Part shown: piece after piece, positions 46,527 through 54,903 of the stretch
Layout of the letters: every line of letters begins with the position of its first letter
How positions within the stretch are numbered: the first letter of the stretch is position 1
From: Muribaculum sp.
GTDB lineage: Bacteria; Bacteroidota; Bacteroidia; Bacteroidales; Muribaculaceae
NCBI GenBank assembly: GCA_023667055.1
Contig: JAMPAV010000004.1
Coordinates: forward strand, 15,132-79,131
Length of the DNA stretch: 64,000 nucleotides
Direction: 5' to 3'
Notes under the pieces: model-generated
What the model was told of the DNA's origin: nothing
Seen by the model: the letters and a program-made list of their open reading frames with translations, nothing else
Database searches by the model: none
Made by a program: the position numbers and the translations under genes

Positions 46527-46783
46527 TGATAATGGAAATTATAAAAACAGCAATAACGCTGACGTTCCTTTTGAATGCTTCGATGTCGATTGCCCAAAAG
46601 CTTGAGACCAGGGACTTCACTGCCACCAATGAAGTCACGGCAAGGCTTAAGGATACGGAAATGATTGATTCCAACAATGGCAAAGGTGCCGCCCTTATCA
46701 AGATATATACACCCTTTCCGGATGAGATGCTCGGTTTCGACCTTGGTTTCAGAGCCGCTGTCGGCGTGTCAGTATCACTTTAA
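46526..46783 (+). CDS. Small signal-peptide ORF, possibly an N-terminal remnant of a larger surface protein
   Basis: 85 aa from the ATG that overlaps the upstream stop (TAATG). It has a signal peptide ending SIAQ and a segment NGKGAALIKIYTPFP..GFDLG resembling the N-termini of larger Bacteroidales proteins. It ends abruptly. Confidence 0.35.
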   Translation: MIMEIIKTAITLTFLLNASMSIAQKLETRDFTATNEVTARLKDTEMIDSNNGKGAALIKIYTPFPDEMLGFDLGFRAAVGVSVSL

Positions 46784-46795
46784 ACGGAATGTAAG

Positions 46796-48220
46796 ATGAA
46801 CAAAACCATATATCAATCAATCGCAGCACTTTTTATCGCATTTGTCGCCACCGGATGCGGCGACAACTACGATGCTGTATATGAACCGGTGAAGAGCATA
46901 AAGGTCCTGACAGTCACTCCGAGTTCGATCAACTATTCTCCTGAAAGGAACGAGCTGACCCTGGCTTCCACCTCTTCCACCACCACCATCGTCGTGGAGA
47001 GCAATACGAGGTGGAGCGTCGAAGTCAGTTATCCGGCGGATTCTGAATCCCGCGGATGGCTTGATGCTTCCGTCTATAACGGGAGCGGCAACGATATGTT
47101 CGACATCAGTGTGCTTGAGAATATCGGCGACCCACGGAAATGCAGCATATCCGTCAGCGCCATTGACGCAGAGGGCAACGTAATCAGTGGATCAGACGGG
47201 GCTTTTTATACCATCAATGTGGTTCAAAACAACAGCAACGTACGTCTGACTCCAACCTCAGTGCAACCTTTTGTCGCGGTAAATCCACAGTCGCAAGACT
47301 TCAACATTATAGCCGACGATGGAATAGAATGGGATCTGACATTGACATGTGAGGAGACCAATGATGTGAAGAATGCTGAATTCATGAAGATAAGACATGG
47401 TGAGGATATACAGGAAATTTCATCCACTCACTTTGCAGGAAAAGGAAATTCAAGTTTTACACTTTCTTTGGAAACCAACAGAATTTCTGCCGACCGCATT
47501 GGTTTTGTGACTCTCGAAAGTGGTCTTGGATCATATACTGTGGAAATCAGGCAACTTGCCACTGAATTTACATTTGACGTGTCGCTCGACGACATGAAGG
47601 ATCTGCCGGCGGAGGGTGGCTCTTTGCAGTTTGGTGTGTATTCTCCTCAGATAGCATGGGAGATTCAAGGTGTGCCGTCGTGGGCATCATTTGATGTGCT
47701 GAAGGGAGATGCTCTTGGCTCAAGGGTCGTTGTAATGGCAAACATAGAGTCCAACCCCTCCAGTGTAGAGCGGTCGGCAATGATATCCTTTGTGCCTGTG
47801 GGTGAAAATGCTGATTTGTATCAGAAATATAATGTCACGATTTCACAGGCGGCAAGTCCGAGACCAGTGCTAAGCACCCCATGGATTTTGAATTTCACCA
47901 ATAGTGAGGTTGAAATTGAATATAATTATTATTCGCCAATAAGGAGAATAGAATCGGCTTACCTGATGTGGTGTCTTTATGATGAACAAGATCCTTCGGA
48001 CAAAGACTGGAACATAAACGAAGTTGAGGACTTTGAGAAAGATCAGACAAGTGGATCTGTAAGAATGAAGATTGATGGTCTTAAGACGGCCACAACTTAC
48101 TTGTTTCGTGGAAGGTTGATAACTTCCGATGGGGAAATAATAGATGGAAACATCACCGAACCATTCACGACTGCAGGTGTTCTTCCGGGGGAATCCGACA
48201 ATCCAACGCCCGGCTCATAG
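46796..48220 (+). CDS. Lipoprotein with multiple BACON-like domains
   Basis: 474 aa with a lipobox (FVATGC). Repeated units of the form LTVTPSSINYSPE...TTIVVESNTRWSVEV...WLDAS...GSGNDMFDISV..N....R.CSISVSA are typical of BACON domains. Confidence 0.75.
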   Translation: MNKTIYQSIAALFIAFVATGCGDNYDAVYEPVKSIKVLTVTPSSINYSPERNELTLASTSSTTTIVVESNTRWSVEVSYPADSESRGWLDASVYNGSGNDMFDISVLENIGDPRKCSISVSAIDAEGNVISGSDGAFYTINVVQNNSNVRLTPTSVQPFVAVNPQSQDFNIIADDGIEWDLTLTCEETNDVKNAEFMKIRHGEDIQEISSTHFAGKGNSSFTLSLETNRISADRIGFVTLESGLGSYTVEIRQLATEFTFDVSLDDMKDLPAEGGSLQFGVYSPQIAWEIQGVPSWASFDVLKGDALGSRVVVMANIESNPSSVERSAMISFVPVGENADLYQKYNVTISQAASPRPVLSTPWILNFTNSEVEIEYNYYSPIRRIESAYLMWCLYDEQDPSDKDWNINEVEDFEKDQTSGSVRMKIDGLKTATTYLFRGRLITSDGEIIDGNITEPFTTAGVLPGESDNPTPGS

Positions 48221-48430
48221 CGTCACGCGTGGTCGCAAAGCTGTTCCGCCACTCAGGGCTTGCCATGACGTCACCGAATCCAACCCCCAGCTGCCTCAGC
48301 CATCTTATTTCACCCCTTCCCCTCCTTCCAAATTTTCGGACTCTGGGCTTACATAGGCCCCTTACCGACAAAACAACCCACCTCTACAAGCGTTCAGTGA
48401 TAGTTCCGGTTTCTGCAAGGAAACCGGTAG

Positions 48431-48520
48431 TCTGTGAAAAAAAGTTTTGTGAAAATTCTGTGAAATGTGTTCCGTGATTGTTCTGTGAATAAAATAACAT
48501 CTTTGGTCTCAACGAAATGC
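48431..48520. repeat. Right arm of the long inverted repeat flanking the surface-protein island
   Basis: Reverse complement of the left arm (see 39774-39862). The five heptamers have the same order and spacing, inverted. Confidence 0.85.
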
Positions 48521-48620
48521 AAAGAATAAGAACTTGTGTTTTTTGTTAAATGAGCATTTTGTCGTAAGAAAAAATATCGGAAATAAGACGTTTTTATTTG
48601 CACATGTGGATAAAAAATGG

Positions 48621-48628
48621 TATTTTTG
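48621..48628 (+). promoter_or_regulatory. -7 promoter box TATTTTTG upstream of uxaB
   Basis: Matches TAnnTTTG, 86 nt upstream of the ATG. Confidence 0.35.
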
Positions 48629-48713
48629 CATATTGAAGAAAATAAACTTCAGATAGAATAACTAACCTATTTGAACAATCTAATACGAAAATATACATAA
48701 TCTCATAACAATC

Positions 48714-50195
48714 ATGAAAGTTTTAAACAAACTGACCGCCCCCAAGGCGACTGCTCCCGAGAGAATCATCCAGTTTGGCGAAGGCAACTTCCTTCGCGCA
48801 TTCGTTGACTGGATTGTGAAAAACATGAATGAGGCCACCGATTTCAATTCATCTGTGGTTCTGCTCCAGGGCACTCCCGATGACTTTGCAATGAAATTGC
48901 TCTCATCGCAAGACTTCCTCTACCATGTAAATCTTCAAGGACGCCTAAACGGCGAAATCGTAAACTCTTTCAAAAGAGTCGATGTCATAAGCCGAGGCCT
49001 TAGCCCATGGGGTCAGCACGACGCTGTACTCGGTCTGGCAGTTCAGCCGGAAATCAGGTTTGTAATCTCAAACACCACAGAAGCCGGCATCGCATTCGAC
49101 CCGGAATGCAAACTTACCGATACCCCACCGGCATCTTATCCCGCAAAACTCACCCAGATTCTTTATACCCGCTATAAGGCATTCAACGGTGATCCCAAGA
49201 AGGGCCTCATCATCATGCCTTGCGAGCTGATTTTCGAAAACGGACATCACCTGAAGAAATTCATCAACGACTATATCGATCTCTGGAAAGAAGCTCTCGG
49301 TGATGACTATGAAGGTTTCAAAAACTGGTTTAACACTTACAATTACGTTTGTGCCACTCTCGTTGACCGTATCGTACCCGGTTTCCCACGCAAGGATATA
49401 GCAAATATTCAGGAGAAACTTGGCTATAAGGACAATGTTGTGGTGCAAGGAGAAGCTTTCCATGTTTGGGTCATCGAACGTCCGGAAAACATGAGCATTG
49501 AAGAACTTAAAGCTGAATTCCCGGCTGAAAAGGCGGGTCTGAATGTCATCATTACCGATAGCGAAGCCCCATACCATGAAAGAAAGGTTACTCTTCTCAA
49601 TGGTCCGCACACAGTGCTTTCTCCGGTCAGCTATCTCAGCGGTGTTGATATTGTACGCGACGCATGCAACCACCCCGTAATTGGCAAGTATATCCACAAG
49701 GTACAGTTTGATGAACTCATGCAGACCCTCAACCTACCGATGGACGAGCTTAAGGCATACGGTGAGAGTGTGCTTGAACGTTTCAACAACCCATTCGTGG
49801 ATCATCAGGTGACTTCCATCATGCTCAACTCATTCCCGAAATATCAGACTCGCGACCTTCCGGGCGTGAAGACATATCTCGAGCGTAAGGGAGAACTTCC
49901 CAAGGGTCTCGTGCTTGGTCTTGCTGCCATTATCACCTATTATAAAGGTGGAAAACGTGCCGATGGTGCGCCAATCCAGCCAAAGGACGACCAGAAAATC
50001 ATGGATCTTCTCACCAACCTTTGGGCTACCGGCGATACACGCAAGGTGGCGGAAGGTGTGCTCGCTGCTGATGAACTCATCTGGAAAGAGCATGGCGACC
50101 TCAACAAGATTCCCGGACTGACCGACCTCGTGGTTGAATATCTCGACAGCATTCAAGACAAGGGTATGCTCGCCACGGTGGAAAGCATCCTTTAA
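48714..50195 (+). CDS. uxaB: Tagaturonate reductase (altronate oxidoreductase)
   Basis: 493 aa. ERIIQFGEGNFLRAFVDW and later blocks (ISNTTEAGI, YPAKLT, CSTLVDRIV-like ATLVDRIVPG, KVTLLNGPHT) match E. coli UxaB as I recall it. Confidence 0.9.
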   Translation: MKVLNKLTAPKATAPERIIQFGEGNFLRAFVDWIVKNMNEATDFNSSVVLLQGTPDDFAMKLLSSQDFLYHVNLQGRLNGEIVNSFKRVDVISRGLSPWGQHDAVLGLAVQPEIRFVISNTTEAGIAFDPECKLTDTPPASYPAKLTQILYTRYKAFNGDPKKGLIIMPCELIFENGHHLKKFINDYIDLWKEALGDDYEGFKNWFNTYNYVCATLVDRIVPGFPRKDIANIQEKLGYKDNVVVQGEAFHVWVIERPENMSIEELKAEFPAEKAGLNVIITDSEAPYHERKVTLLNGPHTVLSPVSYLSGVDIVRDACNHPVIGKYIHKVQFDELMQTLNLPMDELKAYGESVLERFNNPFVDHQVTSIMLNSFPKYQTRDLPGVKTYLERKGELPKGLVLGLAAIITYYKGGKRADGAPIQPKDDQKIMDLLTNLWATGDTRKVAEGVLAADELIWKEHGDLNKIPGLTDLVVEYLDSIQDKGMLATVESIL

Positions 50196-50239
50196 AATTC
50201 ACAATGCACAATTCACAATGCACAATCACAAAGCATTGT
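50196..50239. repeat. AATKCAC heptad repeat directly after the uxaB stop
   Basis: AATTCACAATGCAC x2 then AATCACAAAGCATTGTGTG. The tail can pair as CACAATGC / GCATTGTG. Confidence 0.9.
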
Positions 50240-50340
50240 GTGAAGAATATAATTAATGCATAAATTACATTCATAATCATTTAATACATGATGCATAGTG
50301 CACGAAAAAAGTGCATTATGCATTGTGTGTATTGAAAAAG

Positions 50341-51840
50341 ATGAAAGATTATATAAAGATCAACCCGGCTGACAATGTGGCGGTGGCCATCAATCCACTC
50401 AAAACAGGACAGACTGTTGATGTGGAGGGGCAGGTTTTTGACCTTGTATCCGACATCCCGGCCGGACATAAATTTGCCCTTAAAGATCTTAAGGAAGGCG
50501 AGAATATCATCAAGTATGGTTTTCCTATAGGCCATGCCAAACATGATATCTCTCTCGGATCATTCCTCGATGACCACGACATAAAGACCAACCTTGCCGG
50601 CCAGCTGGATTATTCCGACATCAAGCGGAAACCGGTGGAAAAATGTCACTGCGAAGGTGGCGAACGCACTTTCGAAGGATTCCTGCGTGCCAATGGTGAA
50701 GTGGGCGTAAGAAACGAAATCTGGGTGATTCCCACAGTTGGATGTGTCAACGGTATAGTGAAGCAAATCGTTGACCAACTTAATGCGGAGACCGGTGCTG
50801 AAGGCGTTGACGGAATTTTCGGATTTCCGCACAACTACGGATGCTCTCAGCTCGGCGATGACCATGAGAACACCAAGAAAATTCTTCGCGACATGGTGCA
50901 TCATCCTAATGCCGGAGGCATTCTCGTTGTAGGGCTGGGATGTGAAAACAATCAGCCTAAGGTCTTTGAAGAATTCTGTGGTGACTACGACCACAGCAGA
51001 GTAAAATTCATGGTTTGTCAGGAAGTGGAAGGCAATGAAGTGGAGTGTGGTGTCAAGGTGCTTCGCGAACTATATGAGAACGCCAAGAAAGATGTGCGCA
51101 CCACTCAACCTACTTCAAAACTTAGGATCGGGCTCAAATGCGGCGGTAGCGATGGTTTCTCGGGCATCACGGCCAATCCGCTGCTTGGCGAATTCTCCGA
51201 TTTCCTATGCGACTGCCAGGGTGGCACAACCGTTCTGACAGAAGTTCCTGAAATGTTTGGAGCTGAGACAATCCTCATGCAAAGATGTGCCGATGATGAA
51301 TTGCTCGACGAGACAATTACACTTATCAATGACTTCAAGGAGTATTTCTTGAGTCATGGAGAACCAGTCGGAGAGAATCCATCACCGGGCAACAAAGCCG
51401 GTGGCATCTCAACTTTGGAAGAGAAAGCTCTCGGTTGCACGCAGAAAAGTGGTAAGAGTGAAGTCAAAGGCGTTTTGGCATACGGTGACAGAATAAAGAA
51501 CCATGGTCTTAATCTTCTTTCTGCTCCCGGCAATGATCTTGTGGCTTCCACAGCACTTGCAGCAGCCGGATGTCAGATAGTACTATTCACCACAGGCCGT
51601 GGCACCCCATTCGGGACATTCGTGCCAACAGCAAAAATCTCCACCAACAGCGGTCTTGCAAAAAGGAAACCTACATGGATTGATTTCAATGCCGGAGTCT
51701 TGGTAGAAGACGCAGACATGAAGGAAGTAGCGGCCAAATTCGCCGATTTCGTTCTCGATGTTGCAAGCGGCAAGAAAGTGCACAGCGAAATTGCCGGAAT
51801 CCACGAAATCGCCATCTTCAAAAATGGAGTGACACTGTAA
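50341..51840 (+). CDS. uxaA: Altronate dehydratase
   Basis: ATG at 50341 (MKDYIKINPADNVAVA...). SAF domain plus GVRNEIWVIPTVGCVNG, YGCSQLGDDH, GLGCENNQ, CGGSDG.SGITANP and NPSPGNKAGGI match E. coli UxaA. Confidence 0.92.
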   Translation: MKDYIKINPADNVAVAINPLKTGQTVDVEGQVFDLVSDIPAGHKFALKDLKEGENIIKYGFPIGHAKHDISLGSFLDDHDIKTNLAGQLDYSDIKRKPVEKCHCEGGERTFEGFLRANGEVGVRNEIWVIPTVGCVNGIVKQIVDQLNAETGAEGVDGIFGFPHNYGCSQLGDDHENTKKILRDMVHHPNAGGILVVGLGCENNQPKVFEEFCGDYDHSRVKFMVCQEVEGNEVECGVKVLRELYENAKKDVRTTQPTSKLRIGLKCGGSDGFSGITANPLLGEFSDFLCDCQGGTTVLTEVPEMFGAETILMQRCADDELLDETITLINDFKEYFLSHGEPVGENPSPGNKAGGISTLEEKALGCTQKSGKSEVKGVLAYGDRIKNHGLNLLSAPGNDLVASTALAAAGCQIVLFTTGRGTPFGTFVPTAKISTNSGLAKRKPTWIDFNAGVLVEDADMKEVAAKFADFVLDVASGKKVHSEIAGIHEIAIFKNGVTL

Positions 51841-51875
51841 TAAATGCACAATGCATAAATGCACAATTCACAATA
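51841..51875. repeat. Variant AATGCAC / AATTCAC heptad repeat directly after the uxaA stop
   Basis: TAAATGCACAATGCATAAATGCACAATTCACAATA read directly. Confidence 0.8.
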
Positions 51876-51941
51876 AATTGTATTTGGAATATCTGCAAAG
51901 TATAAATAATTTTAGAAAAACAATTTAATACCATAATAGAT

Positions 51942-53357
51942 ATGAAACCATTCATGGACGAAAATTTTCTGCTCCAGACTGAGACTGCGCAGAAACTCTA
52001 TCACGAGCATGCGGCTAAAATGCCCATCATCGATTATCACTGCCACCTTATTCCTAAAATGGTGGCCGACGACCACAGATTTTCATCTATAACTGAAATC
52101 TGGCTCGGTGGAGACCACTACAAGTGGCGTGCAATGCGAAGCAACGGTGTTGACGAGCGTTTCTGCACAGGTAAGGATACTTCCGACTGGGAGAAATTTG
52201 AAAAATGGGCGGAGACTGTGCCTTACACTTTCCGCAACCCTCTTTATCACTGGACTCATCTCGAGCTCAAGACTGCATTTGGAATCGACAAACTTCTAAA
52301 TCCCGAGACTGCAAAGGAAATATTCGACGAGTGCAACGACAAACTCCGCAATGACCCCAACATGACAGCTCGCGGATTGATGCGACGCTACAACGTAGAA
52401 ACTGTCTGCACCACCGACGATCCCGCTGACTCTCTTGAATATCACAAACAGGTCAAGGATTCAGGCTTTGAAATCAAGATGCTACCTACATGGCGTCCCG
52501 ACAAGGCAATGGCTGTTGACAAACCTGCGGAGTACCGCGAATATATCGCAAAACTCGGAGAGGCTGCCGGCATTGAGATACGCACATTCAGTGACCTCGT
52601 TGACGCTCTTCAGAAACGCCACGACTTCTTTGAGGAAATGGGATGCCGTCTTTCCGACCATGGCATCGAGGAATTCTATGCCGAAGAATATACCCAGCCT
52701 GAAATCGATGCAATGTTTGCCAAGATAATGGATGGCGGTTCTCTCACTCCGGAAGAAGTTGACAAGTTCAAGAGTGCTATGATGATAGTATTCGGGGAAA
52801 TGGACTACGAAAGCGGTTGGACACAGCAGTTCCACTATGGCGCAATCCGCGACAACAATTCCAAGATGTTCAAACTTCTCGGTCCAGACACAGGCTTCGA
52901 TTCCATCGGCGAATTCAATACTGCCAAGAAGTGTGCAAAATATCTCGACAAATTAAACAGCCGTGGTAAACTCACAAAGACAATACTCTACAATCTTAAC
53001 CCATGTGCCAATGAAGTTATGGCCACTATGCTGGGCAACTTCCAGGACGGCAGCGTGGCAGGCAAGATTCAGCTTGGCTCCGGCTGGTGGTTCCTTGATC
53101 AGAAAGACGGTATGCAGAAGCAGATGAATGCTCTCTCTCTTCTCGGTTTGCTCAGCCGCTTTGTGGGTATGCTGACCGACAGCCGCTCATTCCTTTCCTA
53201 TCCCCGTCATGAGTATTTCCGCCGCACTCTCTGCAACCTTGTGGGTACAGACATCGAAAACGGCGAAATTCCCTACACCGGTTATGAGGAAAAACGTGTC
53301 AACCAGATGATTGAGGATATTTGCTACAACAACGCTAAAAACTACTTCAAGTTCTGA
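51942..53357 (+). CDS. uxaC: Glucuronate isomerase
   Basis: 471 aa. FMDENFLL, IIDYHCHL, GDHYKWRAMR, NPLYHWTHLEL and MLTDSRSFLSYPRHEYFRR match UxaC. Confidence 0.95.
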   Translation: MKPFMDENFLLQTETAQKLYHEHAAKMPIIDYHCHLIPKMVADDHRFSSITEIWLGGDHYKWRAMRSNGVDERFCTGKDTSDWEKFEKWAETVPYTFRNPLYHWTHLELKTAFGIDKLLNPETAKEIFDECNDKLRNDPNMTARGLMRRYNVETVCTTDDPADSLEYHKQVKDSGFEIKMLPTWRPDKAMAVDKPAEYREYIAKLGEAAGIEIRTFSDLVDALQKRHDFFEEMGCRLSDHGIEEFYAEEYTQPEIDAMFAKIMDGGSLTPEEVDKFKSAMMIVFGEMDYESGWTQQFHYGAIRDNNSKMFKLLGPDTGFDSIGEFNTAKKCAKYLDKLNSRGKLTKTILYNLNPCANEVMATMLGNFQDGSVAGKIQLGSGWWFLDQKDGMQKQMNALSLLGLLSRFVGMLTDSRSFLSYPRHEYFRRTLCNLVGTDIENGEIPYTGYEEKRVNQMIEDICYNNAKNYFKF

Positions 53358-53359
53358 TT

Positions 53360-54877
53360 ATGGCAAATACCTCAAGACTTGCACAGGCAAACCAGAAGAT
53401 GACTAATTTCCGCTGGACTATATGTCTTCTTCTCTTTCTTGCCACAACGGTCAACTATATGGACCGTCAGGTGCTTTCGCTCACCTGGAAGGAGTTTATC
53501 TCGCCTGAATTCCACTGGACTGATGCCAACTATGGCCTTATCACAGCGGTTTTCTCCATAGTTTATGCTATTGCCAACTTGATAGCCGGTCGTTTCATCG
53601 ACTGGATGGGCACAAAGAAAGGTTATCTTTGGGCCATCGGTGTCTGGTCGGCAGGTGCGTGTCTCCACGCTGCCTGCGGAATAGGTACTGAAAAATATTT
53701 CGAATGGTTCAAGGGCATTGACATGGAAAACGCGCACGCTCTTGTAGAAGCTACCGGTGACATCGCCGTGGCCATTGCCACAGTATCTGTATGGTTCTTC
53801 CTTGCTGCCCGTACTGTCCTTGCTCTTGGTGAGGCCGGCAACTTCCCGGCAGCCATCAAGGTTACAGCTGAATATTTCCCGAAACGCGACCGCGCTTACG
53901 CCACCTCCATCTTCAATGCCGGTTCGGCAGTGGGTGCCCTCATCGCCCCGTTCTCAATTGGCCCTCTTGCCAAGTTCTTCCAAAGTATTGGCTGGGGCAA
54001 TGGTTGGGAAATGGCATTTATTGTCATTGGAGCCCTCGGTTTTGTATGGATGGGATTCTGGGTATTCCTTTATAAGGAACCAGCTAAGAACCCACGTGTC
54101 AACGAAGCTGAACTTGCCTACATCGAGCAAGATAACGATGCCGATGAATCCGCTAAGGAGAAAGCAGAGGTTGAGGACAGCGAGACTGCAACAATACCTT
54201 TCTGGCAGTGCTTCAAATATCCTCAGACATGGGCTGTGTTCTTTGGTAAGTTCCTTACCGACGGCGTTTGGTGGTTCTTCCTTTTCTGGACTCCGGCATA
54301 CATTGTCGATGTGTTCAAACTCTCCACCTCAGAAGGTGAAGGTATGATGATGATTTTCGTGCTGTATCTTATCACTATGTTGTCTATCTATGGTGGCAAA
54401 CTCCCATCTATTTTCATCGACAACGCAGCCAAGAAAGGTATCACAATCGACCCCTATAAGGCTCGCATGAAAGCAATGTTCATCTTCGCTTTGTTCCCAC
54501 TTCTCGCCATACTCGCACAGCCATTGAGTTCCATATCCAACTGGGTGCCCATCATCATTATCGGTATTGCCGGTGCTGCCCACCAGTCCTGGAGTGCCAA
54601 CATCTATTCAGTGGTAGGCGACATGTTCCCGAAGAGCACCATCGCCACTATCATTGGTATTGGTGGCATGGCCGGTGGTATCGGTTCATTCCTTATCAAT
54701 CTTTGCTCGGGCACACTCTTCGACTATGCAGCCCAGACCAATATGTCGTTCATGAGTTTTGAAGGCAAACCGGCAGGTTACTTCATAGTATTCTGTATCT
54801 GTGGTGTGGCTTATTTGCTCGGTTGGTGCATCATGAAACTTCTCGTGCCTCGCTACAAGAAAATTGAAGTGGCTTAA
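53360..54877 (+). CDS. exuT: MFS transporter, hexuronate (ExuT)-like
   Basis: 505 aa with ~12 TM segments. ACS-family-like motifs and position 2 nt after uxaC. The substrate is inferred from context only. Confidence 0.6.
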   Translation: MANTSRLAQANQKMTNFRWTICLLLFLATTVNYMDRQVLSLTWKEFISPEFHWTDANYGLITAVFSIVYAIANLIAGRFIDWMGTKKGYLWAIGVWSAGACLHAACGIGTEKYFEWFKGIDMENAHALVEATGDIAVAIATVSVWFFLAARTVLALGEAGNFPAAIKVTAEYFPKRDRAYATSIFNAGSAVGALIAPFSIGPLAKFFQSIGWGNGWEMAFIVIGALGFVWMGFWVFLYKEPAKNPRVNEAELAYIEQDNDADESAKEKAEVEDSETATIPFWQCFKYPQTWAVFFGKFLTDGVWWFFLFWTPAYIVDVFKLSTSEGEGMMMIFVLYLITMLSIYGGKLPSIFIDNAAKKGITIDPYKARMKAMFIFALFPLLAILAQPLSSISNWVPIIIIGIAGAAHQSWSANIYSVVGDMFPKSTIATIIGIGGMAGGIGSFLINLCSGTLFDYAAQTNMSFMSFEGKPAGYFIVFCICGVAYLLGWCIMKLLVPRYKKIEVA

Positions 54878-54903
54878 TCTAACTTTCATTCGCAAGATAT
54901 AAA

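Noticed and set aside
48165-48371. 68 aa minus-strand ORF and 82 aa plus-strand ORF (48229-48477) in the GC-rich tail after the BACON gene.
   Set aside because: They overlap each other and the BACON gene end or the inverted-repeat arm. They are Arg/Pro-rich, as expected from GC-rich non-coding DNA, and have no start context.
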